From: an uncultured Flavobacterium sp.
GTDB lineage: Bacteria; Bacteroidota; Bacteroidia; Flavobacteriales; Flavobacteriaceae
Direction: 5' to 3'
Assembly (NCBI GenBank): GCA_964643105.1
Contig: CAZXPF010000007.1
Location: 6,674 to 70,673, forward strand
Length of the DNA: 64,000 nucleotides
The translations under genes were made by a program, and so were the position numbers. Each line of letters begins with the position of its first letter. Position 1 is the first letter of the stretch. The notes beneath the pieces are model-generated. The model had not been told where the DNA came from. It ran no database searches and was given only the letters and a program-made list of their open reading frames with translations. This document shows positions 48,362 to 59,024 of this stretch, piece by piece.

Positions 48362-50011
48362 TTGAAAAAATACTATTATATATTATTCTTTTTATTACTG
48401 GTCAGTATTGCATCTCAAGCTCAAGAAAAATCCAGTAAAATCATTATAGAATATTTTGATTTTGTTGATAAAAACCAAATTGAAATACCTGGAGCCATTG
48501 TTTTTACAGGTAATGTTCGCGTGCTTCACAATGGTGTAAAAATCAGTTGCAACAAAGCCTATCACTTTACAGATGAAAACTACGTAAAAGCTTTCGGAAA
48601 TGTTCAATTGGTTCAAGGAGACACTATTTTTATGAACAGCAGATATGCTGAATACAATGGCAACAAAGAATTTGCCTATGCTACTGGAGATGTTAATATG
48701 CGTTCACCAGATTCAAATTTAGTGACTGATACTATTTACTTTGACAGAAAAAAACAAGAAGCATATTACAATAGTTTTGGTACCATCACTAACAAAGACA
48801 ACACCCTAAAAAGTAAATCTGGAAGATATTATCTAAATGAAAAAAAGTATTCCTTCAAAACAGCAGTAACTGTTGTAAATCCTAGGAGTACCATCAAAAC
48901 TAACCATTTAGATTATTACGATAACTCCGGTCATGCCTATGTTTTTGGCCCTTCAACCATTACCAGCAAAACCGATTACATTTATACAGAAAATGGTTTT
49001 TACGATACTACAAACGACATTGGAAAACTCAAAAATAATTCACATATACTCTATAATAGCAGAAGGATTGAAGGCGATGATATATTCTATGATAGAAAAA
49101 AGAACTTTTCTAAATTGGTCAATAATGTAAAGATTACTGATACTATTAACAACCTCATTGCAAAAGGACATTATGCAGAAGTTTATAGAAATACATTGAC
49201 TAAAAATGACTCCATGTTTATTACTAAAAAAGCATTAGTCATCACCAAAACCGAAAATGATTCCATGTACATGCACGGAAAGCGAATTTTAGTCACTGGA
49301 CCACCCGAAAATAGAATTATTAGAGCTTACAAGAATGTTAGATTCTATAACTTAGATATGAGTGGAAAATGTGACTCATTGCATTCCAGCAATAAAAATG
49401 CTTTAACAAAATTAATTGGGAAACCCATTTTATGGAGCAACAAAAGCCAAATGACTGGAGATATTATGCATATTGTAGGCAACAATAAAACAGAGAAAGT
49501 AGATTCCTTAAAAGTTTTAAATAATGCTTTTTTAATTCAAAAAGATACCTTGAGCAAAAATGGCTATAACCAAGTAAAAGGGCAAAATTTATATGGAAAA
49601 TTCAGAGAAAATAAATTATATGAAGTTGACATAGTAAAAAACTGTGAGGCAATTTCGTATATGTATAATGAGGATGATGAATTAATTGGCATTAACAAAA
49701 GCGTTTGTAGCAGCATAAATCTTCAATTAGAAGACAATCAAATTCAAAGCATCTTATTTCAAACAAATACAGATGGTTACTTGTATCCAGAAGAAGAGTT
49801 TCCTGAAAATGCGAGGAAACTTAGAGGATTTCTCTGGCGTGGAGACGAAGAAATAAAATCAAAGGAAGATATTTTTCCGCAGGAAGAGTTAGAGATCGAT
49901 GAAAAAATTCAAACAGAAACCAAAGCCAAGGAATCTAAAGGAGGTGAACCCATGAAGATACTGAAAGAAACATTAGACTATGATAAAAATAATCCTAAGA
50001 AAAAAGAGTAA
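48362..50011 (+). CDS. OstA-like (LptA/LptD N-terminal domain) periplasmic protein
   Basis: 549 aa, TTG start, signal peptide. Repeated OstA-type beta-jellyroll segments (...GNVRVLHNGVKISCNKAYH...GNVQLVQGD...). Confidence 0.65.
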   Translation: MKKYYYILFFLLLVSIASQAQEKSSKIIIEYFDFVDKNQIEIPGAIVFTGNVRVLHNGVKISCNKAYHFTDENYVKAFGNVQLVQGDTIFMNSRYAEYNGNKEFAYATGDVNMRSPDSNLVTDTIYFDRKKQEAYYNSFGTITNKDNTLKSKSGRYYLNEKKYSFKTAVTVVNPRSTIKTNHLDYYDNSGHAYVFGPSTITSKTDYIYTENGFYDTTNDIGKLKNNSHILYNSRRIEGDDIFYDRKKNFSKLVNNVKITDTINNLIAKGHYAEVYRNTLTKNDSMFITKKALVITKTENDSMYMHGKRILVTGPPENRIIRAYKNVRFYNLDMSGKCDSLHSSNKNALTKLIGKPILWSNKSQMTGDIMHIVGNNKTEKVDSLKVLNNAFLIQKDTLSKNGYNQVKGQNLYGKFRENKLYEVDIVKNCEAISYMYNEDDELIGINKSVCSSINLQLEDNQIQSILFQTNTDGYLYPEEEFPENARKLRGFLWRGDEEIKSKEDIFPQEELEIDEKIQTETKAKESKGGEPMKILKETLDYDKNNPKKKE

Positions 50012-50176
50012 TTCAGTATTAATTTTTAACCCTTTATAGTATTCAGAAAGCAGATTGCAAAAACTCATAATCAGTTAGTATCTATATGTTTCAAAAAATC
50101 AGACAATACCCTTCAAATCACTGATCACAAACTCTCTTTAATCATAAATCTTTTAGACTTTTAATCATACACCAAA

Positions 50177-51382
50177 ATGTTATCCGATTTTTTTAAATAC
50201 CAAGCACAAACAACACCACACCCTCTTGCAATGGAAATTTCACATGCAAAAGGTTCTTATATTTATGATACTAAAGGAAATAAATATTTAGATTTTGTAG
50301 CTGGAGTTTCGGCGTGTACATTAGGCCATCAAAACAAAAGAGTAAATGATGCTATAAAAAATCAATTGGATAAGTATTCACACGTTATGGTTTATGGAGA
50401 ATATGCTCAATCACCTGCAACAGCATTATGCAAACTTCTAGCTGAAAATCTTTCTTATCCTTTGACAAAAACCTATTTAGTAAACTCTGGAACAGAAGCT
50501 ATTGAAGGAGCCTTAAAATTAGCCCGTAGAGTCACAGGAAGAAGTCAATTAATTTCATGTCACAATGCTTATCACGGAAATACTATGGGAAGCATGAGTG
50601 TAATGGGTTTTGAAGAACGCAAACAAGTTTTCAGACCTTTAATTCCTGATGTAGATTTCATTACATTCAACAACGAAGCAGATTTAGAAAAAATAACTTC
50701 TAAAACCGCTGGAATTTTATTGGAAACCATACAAGGTGGTGCTGGTTTTATTCAGCCAGAAAACAATTTTCTAAAAAAAGTAAGACAGCGTTGTAATGAA
50801 GTTGGTGCTCTAATGATTTTAGACGAAATCCAACCTGGTTTTGGTCGAACTGGAAAATTATTTGGTTTCCAAAACTATGATGTTGTTCCTGATGTAGTCG
50901 TAATGGGAAAAGGAATGGGAAGCGGAATGCCTGTTGGAGCTTTCACAGCGTCCGAAGAAATGATGGATTTATTAAGCCATACTCCCAAACTTGGTCACAT
51001 CACAACTTTTGGAGGTCATCCTGTGATTGCTGCTGCATGTTTAGCAACGTTACAAGAGTTAACCGAAACAAATTTGATGCAACTGGCTTTAGAAAAAGAA
51101 CAATTATTCCGAAAATTATTAGTTCATCCCTTAATTACTGAAGTTCGAGGAAGAGGATTGATGTTAGCCGCTATGACAAAAAGTCCTGAAATCACAGACA
51201 GAGTAGTGCTTCGTTGTCAAGAAAAAGGTTTAATTTTATTTTGGTTATTGTTTGAAGGCTGTGCTATTCGCATAACACCACCATTAACTATCTCAAATGA
51301 CGAAATTGAAGAAGGTTGTGGCATTATTCTTGAAGTCTTAAATGAAATTGACGCTGAAATAAAGGCTGGTATAGAAAAATAA
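50177..51382 (+). CDS. Class-III PLP aminotransferase (acetylornithine/ornithine aminotransferase-like)
   Basis: 401 aa. ...NSGTEAIEGALKLAR..., ...LDEIQPGFGRTGK..., and the PLP-Lys region VVMGKGMG. Confidence 0.85.
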   Translation: MLSDFFKYQAQTTPHPLAMEISHAKGSYIYDTKGNKYLDFVAGVSACTLGHQNKRVNDAIKNQLDKYSHVMVYGEYAQSPATALCKLLAENLSYPLTKTYLVNSGTEAIEGALKLARRVTGRSQLISCHNAYHGNTMGSMSVMGFEERKQVFRPLIPDVDFITFNNEADLEKITSKTAGILLETIQGGAGFIQPENNFLKKVRQRCNEVGALMILDEIQPGFGRTGKLFGFQNYDVVPDVVVMGKGMGSGMPVGAFTASEEMMDLLSHTPKLGHITTFGGHPVIAAACLATLQELTETNLMQLALEKEQLFRKLLVHPLITEVRGRGLMLAAMTKSPEITDRVVLRCQEKGLILFWLLFEGCAIRITPPLTISNDEIEEGCGIILEVLNEIDAEIKAGIEK

Positions 51383-51529
51383 AAAAAGACAAATACTTTA
51401 CTCCTTAATTTTTAGCGGTTTATCTGTTCAAATTGTTAATTAAATTGTTTAAAACAATAAAAGCTAAAAAGCAGATTAGCTCCTAATTTATTTAATTTTA
51501 AATAGGATAAATTTTCAAAATCAAAAGCT

Positions 51530-52927
51530 ATGAATTTGAGTCACGAAGAAGAAAACAACCAAGACTTATCCTTATCTAAATTTGAATCAATGCTTAAAAC
51601 AAATAAAGTTTTATTTTTTGATTCTGAAGAGTTTGAAGACATCATACTCCACTACATGGATACAGGAAGGTTAAATCTTGCCAAAAAAGCACTTAAACTT
51701 GCTTTAGAACAACATCCAAAATCTACTGGATTAAAATTAGTTCAAGTTGAACTTCTTATTTTTGATGACAAAATTGACCTAGCAGATAAGTTATTAAACG
51801 AGCTATATGCTATTGAACCAACAAATGAAGAAATTTACATCCAAAAAGCCAATATATTTTCTAAAAAAGACGAACACGAAAAAGCTATTGAATCACTAAA
51901 AATAGCTCTAAAATACACCGATGATTATGCTGATGTGTATTCTATGATAGGCATGGAATATCTTTTTATAGACAACTTAGAATTGGCAAAAGAAAATTTC
52001 ATCAAATGTTTAAATGAAGACACAGAAGATTACTCTTCATTATACAATGTGGTTTATTGTTTTGATTTTTTAGACCAAAATGCTGAAGCTGTTTCATATT
52101 TGGATGACTTTATCAATAGAAATCCCTACAGTGAAGTAGCTTGGCACCAATTAGGCCGCCAATATTATGCCCTAAAAAACTATGAAAAAGCAGTTTGGGC
52201 ATTTGATTATGCTACCCTAATTGATGAAACTTTTTTAGGAGCCTACCTTGAAAAGGCTAAAGCTTTAGAAAAACTAAAAAAATACCAACAAGCCATTGAT
52301 TGTTACAGTATTACAATGGAACTAGATGACGTAACATCTTTCGCTTTGCTGCGTGTGGCTAAATGTTATGAAAAATTAGGAAACAACAAAGAAGCCCTAA
52401 AATTTTATTCAAAAACAGTGCATGAAGATCCATTATTAGACAAAGCATGGATTGCCATAACTGATTTTTATATAAGACAATTTGACTATAAGAAAGCATT
52501 ATATTATGTAAACAAAGCTATTGGAATTGAAGGGGATAACAAATTATATTGGAAACGTTTTGCCTCAATTAATAGAGCTTTAAAATTATATGAGGAAGCT
52601 GAATATGGGTACAGAAGAGCCTTTGAATTAGGCGACACTGATTTAGACACTTATATTTATTGGGCTGATGCTTTACAATATGTAGGGGACTATGAAATCG
52701 CTATTGAAGCTTTACTACAAGGTGTAGAGACGCATCCCGATAATTATGAAATTGAATACCGTTTGGCTGGTTTATATTATATTTTAAATCAAACGAAAAA
52801 AGGAAAATTTCATTTGGTAAACGCTTTACAAAACAATTATAAAAACCATAGCATACTAGAAAATCATTTTCCAGCTATTTGGAATAAAAAATCAATTCAA
52901 AATCAAATCATTAAATTCAGAGATTAG
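51530..52927 (+). CDS. Cytoplasmic tetratricopeptide-repeat protein
   Basis: 465 aa with repeated TPR consensus and no signal peptide. Confidence 0.7.
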   Translation: MNLSHEEENNQDLSLSKFESMLKTNKVLFFDSEEFEDIILHYMDTGRLNLAKKALKLALEQHPKSTGLKLVQVELLIFDDKIDLADKLLNELYAIEPTNEEIYIQKANIFSKKDEHEKAIESLKIALKYTDDYADVYSMIGMEYLFIDNLELAKENFIKCLNEDTEDYSSLYNVVYCFDFLDQNAEAVSYLDDFINRNPYSEVAWHQLGRQYYALKNYEKAVWAFDYATLIDETFLGAYLEKAKALEKLKKYQQAIDCYSITMELDDVTSFALLRVAKCYEKLGNNKEALKFYSKTVHEDPLLDKAWIAITDFYIRQFDYKKALYYVNKAIGIEGDNKLYWKRFASINRALKLYEEAEYGYRRAFELGDTDLDTYIYWADALQYVGDYEIAIEALLQGVETHPDNYEIEYRLAGLYYILNQTKKGKFHLVNALQNNYKNHSILENHFPAIWNKKSIQNQIIKFRD

Positions 52928-52968
52928 TTTAAAATTTTGATTTTAGCTTTTTTCGATTCGTCCAATTC

Positions 52969-53937
52969 ATGAGAAAATTAATTCCAGATTATCTTATCAT
53001 TACCCTTAAAGGAATTGCAATGGGTGCTGCTGACGTTGTGCCAGGCGTTTCTGGTGGTACTATTGCATTCATTTCAGGAATTTATCAAGAACTTATTGAT
53101 AGCATCAATAGCATTGATTTATCACTTTTAAAAACTATAAAAAACGAAGGAATAAAAGCCGCTTGGAAACAAGCCAATGCCTCATTTCTATTAGCGCTAA
53201 TTGTAGGAATAGGGATTAGTATTTTAACTTTTTCCAAAGTTATAACGTATTTGTTAACCAATCAACCCATTTTAGTTTGGTCTTTCTTTTTTGGATTAAT
53301 TATTGCCAGTATTTTGCTGATTTGGAAACAAATTTCAAATTGGAAACCGGTTACAATTGTTGCTTTACTTGTTGGAATAGTACTGACTTACTACATCACA
53401 ATTGCGAGACCAGTGAGTAGTCCTGATAGTTATCCTTATCTTTTTCTCTCAGGATTTGTGGCTATAATTGCTATGATTTTACCGGGAATTTCTGGAGCTT
53501 TCATTCTTTTACTAATGGGTTCTTATGAAACGGTTATTGGCACTATAAATCAGTTCAGAGAAGGACTAACTCAGATGAATGGAGAAATTATATTCAATGC
53601 TTTAACAAAACTTGGCATTTTTGCCATTGGAGCAATCATTGGTTTAAAAGCCTTTTCTAAAATATTACATTGGATGTTTGATCATCATAAAAACACCACA
53701 TTGGCTTTGTTAGTTGGTTTTATGATTGGTTCACTAAACAAAGTTTGGCCTTGGAAAGAAGTTTTAGAAACACGCACTAATAGTCACGGTGAAATGGTTC
53801 CATTCATTGAAAAAAGTATTTTACCTCAAGATTTTACTGGTGATGCACAAGTTATAAATGCAATAATTTTAGCATTATTAGGATTCCTTGTAATCTATGG
53901 CATGGAAAAAATAGCGGCAAAATTGGGTAAGAATTAA
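52969..53937 (+). CDS. DUF368-family membrane protein (PopT-like candidate polyprenyl-phosphate translocase)
   Basis: 322 aa. ...GAADVVPGVSGGTIAF... and ...PGISGAFILLLMG... duplicated DUF368 motifs. Confidence 0.8.
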   Translation: MRKLIPDYLIITLKGIAMGAADVVPGVSGGTIAFISGIYQELIDSINSIDLSLLKTIKNEGIKAAWKQANASFLLALIVGIGISILTFSKVITYLLTNQPILVWSFFFGLIIASILLIWKQISNWKPVTIVALLVGIVLTYYITIARPVSSPDSYPYLFLSGFVAIIAMILPGISGAFILLLMGSYETVIGTINQFREGLTQMNGEIIFNALTKLGIFAIGAIIGLKAFSKILHWMFDHHKNTTLALLVGFMIGSLNKVWPWKEVLETRTNSHGEMVPFIEKSILPQDFTGDAQVINAIILALLGFLVIYGMEKIAAKLGKN

Positions 53938-53947
53938 AATATTCAAC

Positions 53948-54706
53948 ATGAAGAAGAAAGTAAAAAAGCAAAAAAAATATGGCTTGGTTGGCAAAAATAT
54001 TAGCTATTCTTTTTCCAAAAAATATTTTACTGATAAATTTACTTCTTATCATTTTGATAATTGTGAATATCTGAATTTTGACATCCCATCCATTAAAGAA
54101 TTTCCTAAAATAATTAGTGAAAATAAAGGTTTAAAAGGAATAAATATTACAATTCCTTACAAGCAAGAAGTCCTTCCCTATTTAGATTCTTTATCTAAAA
54201 ATGCAAAAAAAATTGGATCTGTAAACACTCTTGTGATTTCAAAAAATAAAAAACTAAAAGGATACAATACCGATTATTATGGTTTCAAAAAATCTTTGGA
54301 GCCTATGCTAAAACCCCATCATACAAAAGCTCTCATTTTAGGAAGTGGTGGAGCTAGTAAAGGAGTTGCTTTTGCACTGAAAAAATTAAAAATTGAATAT
54401 GATTTTGTCTCCAGAAATCCTGACGAATTTCAAATTTCATATGATGAGATTGATGCATCAATTTTTGAAGAATATACAATAATCATTAATACTACTCCAG
54501 TTGGTACTTTTCCAAATGTAGCAGATTGCCCACAACTTGATTATAGTTTGTTTACCAAAAAGCATATTGCTTTTGACTTGGTTTACAATCCTGAAGAAAC
54601 TCTATTTTTAAAATTAGCAAAAGAACAAGGTGCAGAGATAAAAAATGGTTATGAAATGTTGGTGCTTCAAGCCGAAAAATCATGGCAGATCTGGAATAAA
54701 AAGTAA
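53948..54706 (+). CDS. aroE: Shikimate dehydrogenase
   Basis: 252 aa. ...YGLVGKNISYSFSKKYF..., ...NITIPYK..., NTDYYGF, GSGGASKG. Confidence 0.85.
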   Translation: MKKKVKKQKKYGLVGKNISYSFSKKYFTDKFTSYHFDNCEYLNFDIPSIKEFPKIISENKGLKGINITIPYKQEVLPYLDSLSKNAKKIGSVNTLVISKNKKLKGYNTDYYGFKKSLEPMLKPHHTKALILGSGGASKGVAFALKKLKIEYDFVSRNPDEFQISYDEIDASIFEEYTIIINTTPVGTFPNVADCPQLDYSLFTKKHIAFDLVYNPEETLFLKLAKEQGAEIKNGYEMLVLQAEKSWQIWNKK

Positions 54707-54844
54707 ATTTTGTGGCTTTTTTCTAACCTAAAATTAGTTTTATTCCTTAATAATCAATCTTTAACCTCAATCTTTAGTCTTTTTTTTTGAAATTTCCCTC
54801 TGAGTTAGTATCTTCGACGCATATTAGTAACTTATACATGAATC

Positions 54845-56791
54845 ATGTTAGAAGAAAAGAATGATAACCTGCAAGAGGCAGACGGACAAAATGCACAAGA
54901 AACAACAAATGAAATTGTTGAAAATCAAAACCTTACATCAGCAGAAACCCTTGAAAACACTCAAAATCATGAGTCTAAAGTAGCAACTACGACTAATGTG
55001 ATGGATGAAATTGACAATTCAAATGCAGAAGAGAGTGAAGATGATTCGCTAAAAGACAGGCATGAAATCCCTTTATTGGATTATGATGCAATGTCAATGG
55101 AAGCTCTTACGGCTGAATTAGAGAAATTAGTTTCTAATGAAAAAGTAATGGCTATTAAAGACCATGTGGAAGAAATTAGAAAAGCTTTCTTATCACATTT
55201 TCACGATTTATTGGAAGAAAAAAGAGAGGAATATAGTGACCAGAATGAAGGAAATAGTGATGGATTTGAGTATCATTCTCCTCTTAAAAATAAATTTGAT
55301 GCTATTTTTGATGAGTATCGTACTAAGAAAGCCAAACATTATAATCAACTTCAAAATAACCTAAAAAATAATTTTGAAGTTAGAAATGCTATCATTGAAG
55401 ATCTAAAAAATTTGATTGACTCTACAGATGAAAGCATTGGGGATATGTTCAAAAAAATGAATGAAATCAGAGAACGTTGGAACAATGCGGGTTCAATTCC
55501 TAGAGATAAATATAATATTTTATGGAATAACTATCATTTTCATGTAGAGCGTTTTTATGACTTAATTCACCTAGACAAAGAAGCTCGTGATCAAGATTTC
55601 AAAAACAATTTAGAGCAGAAACAGCAATTGATTCTTCGTGCTAAAGATTTGTTAGCCGAACCAGATGTAATGAAAGCTTTTAGAGAATTACAATTGTTAC
55701 ATAGAGTTTGGAAAGAAGAAATTGGACCTGTAGATAGAGAACACAGAGAAGCTGTTTGGAATGAGTTTAGTGAAATTACCAAGCAAATGCATGACAAACG
55801 AGAAGCATTACATGCTGACGCTCGTGAAAAAGAAATGCAAAATTTGAATGCTAAAAATGAAATTATAGCACAAATTAATGCTTTAACAACCGAAGAAGTT
55901 AGCGGTCACAAAGGATGGCAAAATCAAATGAAAAAAATGGAAGCCCTACGCGAAACATTCTTTAAAGCTGGAAAAGTTCCTGCAGAATTGAATGAAGAAA
56001 CTTGGGCTAAATTTAAAAATGCCGTTAGAGATTTCAACAAAAATAAAAATGCTTTCTACAAAGAAATCAAGCACGATCAACAAGACAACTTGAACAAAAA
56101 GATGGCTTTATTGGATAAGGCAAATGCACTAAAAGACAGCGATGACTTCAAGGCTACAACTCCAATAATGAAGCAAATTCAAGAAGACTGGAAAAAAATT
56201 GGTCACGTACCTAGAAAATATTCTGATACCATTTGGAAAGATTTTAAAGCTGCTTGTAACGCTTATTTTGACAGACTTCACAAAGTACAAAACGAAGAAA
56301 ACAAAGAGGAAATTGAAGCTTACGAAAACAAAAAGAACTTTTTAGAAACTTTTAAATCGTTTGAGTTGATTGGCGATCACAAGAAAGATTTAGAAAGTAT
56401 CAAAGAAAATATTGAAACTTGGAAATCTTTTGGTAGAGTTCCATTTAACAAAAGACACATTGAAGGAAAATTCAATAAGATTCTTGACGCACTGTTTGAA
56501 AAATTAAGTCTCTCCAAAAAGGATACTGAACTCATGAAGTTTGACAATCGTTTAGAGCATTTGGCTGGAAACGAAGACGATAGAGCATTAGAAAAAGAAG
56601 CGTTCTTCTTACGTAAAAAAATCGATGAAGTTCAAGGAGAAATTTTCCAATTAGAAAATAATATTCAATTCATTACTTCTACTTCAAAAGGAGAAAATCC
56701 ATTCATCAAAGAAGTACACAAAAGTATTGACAGGCATAAAGAAGATTTAAAACTTTGGAAAGAAAAACTTTCAAGGTTAAATCAAATGTAA
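54845..56791 (+). CDS. DUF349 repeat protein
   Basis: 648 aa. Acidic N-terminus followed by repeated ...W..F..A...F... helical units typical of DUF349. Confidence 0.7.
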   Translation: MLEEKNDNLQEADGQNAQETTNEIVENQNLTSAETLENTQNHESKVATTTNVMDEIDNSNAEESEDDSLKDRHEIPLLDYDAMSMEALTAELEKLVSNEKVMAIKDHVEEIRKAFLSHFHDLLEEKREEYSDQNEGNSDGFEYHSPLKNKFDAIFDEYRTKKAKHYNQLQNNLKNNFEVRNAIIEDLKNLIDSTDESIGDMFKKMNEIRERWNNAGSIPRDKYNILWNNYHFHVERFYDLIHLDKEARDQDFKNNLEQKQQLILRAKDLLAEPDVMKAFRELQLLHRVWKEEIGPVDREHREAVWNEFSEITKQMHDKREALHADAREKEMQNLNAKNEIIAQINALTTEEVSGHKGWQNQMKKMEALRETFFKAGKVPAELNEETWAKFKNAVRDFNKNKNAFYKEIKHDQQDNLNKKMALLDKANALKDSDDFKATTPIMKQIQEDWKKIGHVPRKYSDTIWKDFKAACNAYFDRLHKVQNEENKEEIEAYENKKNFLETFKSFELIGDHKKDLESIKENIETWKSFGRVPFNKRHIEGKFNKILDALFEKLSLSKKDTELMKFDNRLEHLAGNEDDRALEKEAFFLRKKIDEVQGEIFQLENNIQFITSTSKGENPFIKEVHKSIDRHKEDLKLWKEKLSRLNQM

Positions 56792-56795
56792 ATTT

Positions 56796-56825
56796 AAATC
56801 CCGATTCATTTCGGGATTTTTTATT
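56796..56825. terminator. Bidirectional intrinsic terminator between the DUF349 and ABM genes
   Basis: aaatcccga (56796-56804) pairs with tcgggattt (56811-56819), followed by T6. Confidence 0.65.
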
Positions 56826-57114
56826 TCTTAAAACTATATTCTCTTTCGACCAAACAAATTCTTGTGGTGTAAGATTTATACCAATCACTTCTACCCTTTT
56901 CTTGAGCTACAAGATGTGCTATATTTTGTTTCCATTTTTTGATGGATTCCAAATCTTTCCAATACGAAACCGTAATTCCAATCTCACTTCTTGCTGATTC
57001 AACACCTAGAAAACCTTCCTGCTTCTTAGCCAATTCTTCCATTAAAACAGCCATTTCAGCATAACCATCTTCAATTATTGTTCGTTCTGATGTAAAAATT
57101 ACTGCGTAATACAT
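56821..57114 (-). CDS. ABM-domain (antibiotic biosynthesis monooxygenase-like) protein
   Basis: 97 aa with a ferredoxin-like ABM pattern (...YAVIFTS...GFLGVES...TVSYWKDLESIKKWK...). Confidence 0.7.
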   Translation of the reverse strand: MYYAVIFTSERTIIEDGYAEMAVLMEELAKKQEGFLGVESARSEIGITVSYWKDLESIKKWKQNIAHLVAQEKGRSDWYKSYTTRICLVEREYSFKK

Positions 57115-57182
57115 TTTTGTTGAATTGTTAATTTGTTAAACTGCAAACTACTTTCTGCTAACTGAATACTGAGCACTGAACA

Positions 57183-57956
57183 CTACAATCGTTTCGCTTC
57201 TTCCCAAAAAACATCCATTTCAGCTAAAGTCATTTCCGATAAGTTTTTACCCAATTCTACAGCTTTATTTTCCAAATACATAAAACGTTTCATGAACTTT
57301 TTATTGGTACGTTCCAAAGCATCTTCTGGATTAATTTTTAAAAACCGAGCATAGTTGATCAAGGAAAATAAAACATCTCCAAACTCAGCTTCCATTTTGT
57401 CTTGATTGGCTACTTTTACTTCTTCTTGCAACTCCTTTAATTCTTCTTGCACTTTGTCCCAAACTTGGTGACTTTCTTCCCAATCAAATCCTACTCCTTT
57501 CACTTTATCTTGAATGCGACTGGCTTTTACTAGAGCAGGTAAACTTTTGGGAACACCTTCTAGAACCGATTTTCTGCCTTCTTTGAGTTTCAATTTTTCC
57601 CAATTACGCTTCACTTCCTCTTCATCTTCCACTACCACATCTCCATAAATATGAGGATGTCTTTCAATCAACTTATCACAAATAGAATTGGCCACATCTG
57701 CTATGTCAAAATCATGAGTTTCACTACCTATTTTGGCATAAAAAACAATATGCAACAACAAGTCTCCTAATTCTTTTTTAATTTCTGACTTATCATTGTC
57801 CAAAATTGCATCACCCAATTCATAGGTTTCTTCAATGGTCAAATGACGTAAACTTTCAAATGTTTGCTTCTTATCCCACGGACATTTCTCTCGTAAATCG
57901 TCCATAATATCTAACAATCTGTTGAAAGCTTCTAATTGATTTTGTCGGTTGCTCAT
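57183..57956 (-). CDS. mazG: Nucleoside triphosphate pyrophosphohydrolase MazG
   Basis: 257 aa with tandem MazG domains (...EETYELGDAI...ELGDLLLHIVF... and ...EFGDVLFSLINYARF...). Confidence 0.9.
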   Translation of the reverse strand: MSNRQNQLEAFNRLLDIMDDLREKCPWDKKQTFESLRHLTIEETYELGDAILDNDKSEIKKELGDLLLHIVFYAKIGSETHDFDIADVANSICDKLIERHPHIYGDVVVEDEEEVKRNWEKLKLKEGRKSVLEGVPKSLPALVKASRIQDKVKGVGFDWEESHQVWDKVQEELKELQEEVKVANQDKMEAEFGDVLFSLINYARFLKINPEDALERTNKKFMKRFMYLENKAVELGKNLSEMTLAEMDVFWEEAKRL

Positions 57957-58209
57957 TCGTTTAAAGAGATTATATTTGGTCTAAGTACCATTGTTGTTCT
58001 TGATCTTATTTTTGTAAAATTATGGAAATATTTTTAGAAGCTACACCTTCTTTGAATTTAATACTAAACTTGTGTTTGATTATACCATTGATTTAAAAAT
58101 TCCTTGATTCATTGAATTATTTCCTTAGTTCATCTTTTATAGATAGTTTGCTCCTGAAGTTGTGTTTAGTTTTGTCCTGTAAAAAAAGTAGAACCTTAAA
58201 TTATAGACC

Positions 58210-58953
58210 ATGAAAAGAGAATTAATTTTTTTGAGAACTTTTGCAATAACAACTGCAATCGGAATTTTAACTATTGGATTTATGTCCTTTAAAAAATTTG
58301 GCAATCAAAAATTTTCAGAGATTGATGTAGAACGTATTAATATTGTAGAAAAAGATGGCACTGTAAAAATGATTATTACAAATGTTGGTCGATTCCCAAA
58401 TGGTAAAGACAAAATCAACAATCGACCTACAAATGAAAACAGAAAAAAACGCTCTGGGATGCTTTTCTTTAATGAAGAAGGCATTGAATGTGGTGGCTTC
58501 ATTTATGACGGTCAAAAAAATGAAAACGGACACAGCAGTGGTTTGTCTTTAACTTATGATCAATACGATGGTGATCAAGTAATGCAATTGCTTACCCAGG
58601 ATTATCAAGAAGGAGACAATCGATTTGTGAGCAGTAGCTTGGCTTTCAATGATAGGCCATCAAAGGAGAGCCAACTCAAAACTGCACAAATCATGAGAGA
58701 GTTAGATGAACTTGGCAAAAAAGACCCTAAAGCGATGCAAGAAAAGTACAAAGCTTATGAAGCTCAAGGTTTAGTTGGAGGAGTTCCAAGGATTATGTTG
58801 GGAAAATCTAGAAGTCAAAATAACGGTTTATTTCTTTTTGACGATAGAGGCATTCCAAAAGCAATGTTTTATGTAGATAAAAGCAACAATGCTAAACTAG
58901 ATTTCTATGATGATAATGGAAATGTAATAGCATCTTTCCCAGAAAAAAAATAA
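58210..58953 (+). CDS. Membrane-anchored hypothetical protein
   Basis: 247 aa with a single N-terminal TM. No recognisable motif. Confidence 0.45.
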   Translation: MKRELIFLRTFAITTAIGILTIGFMSFKKFGNQKFSEIDVERINIVEKDGTVKMIITNVGRFPNGKDKINNRPTNENRKKRSGMLFFNEEGIECGGFIYDGQKNENGHSSGLSLTYDQYDGDQVMQLLTQDYQEGDNRFVSSSLAFNDRPSKESQLKTAQIMRELDELGKKDPKAMQEKYKAYEAQGLVGGVPRIMLGKSRSQNNGLFLFDDRGIPKAMFYVDKSNNAKLDFYDDNGNVIASFPEKK

Positions 58954-58970
58954 GTATAAAAAATAAATAC

Positions 58971-59003
58971 ATAGCCTTATATAAAAATATAAGGCTATTT
59001 TTG
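58971..59003 (+). terminator. Intrinsic terminator after the 58210-58953 gene
   Basis: atagccttatat (58971-58982) pairs with atataaggctat (58987-58998), followed by tttttg. Confidence 0.65.
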
Positions 59004-59024
59004 TAAGAACAGTCATTAAACACT

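Noticed and set aside
53852-54052. 66-aa minus-strand ORF across the DUF368/aroE junction
   Set aside because: It is antisense to two well-supported genes.
56706-56997. ORFs 56706-56888 (-) and 56755-56997 (+) at the DUF349/ABM junction
   Set aside because: They cross the bidirectional terminator at 56796-56825 and overlap the ABM gene. Nothing supports them.
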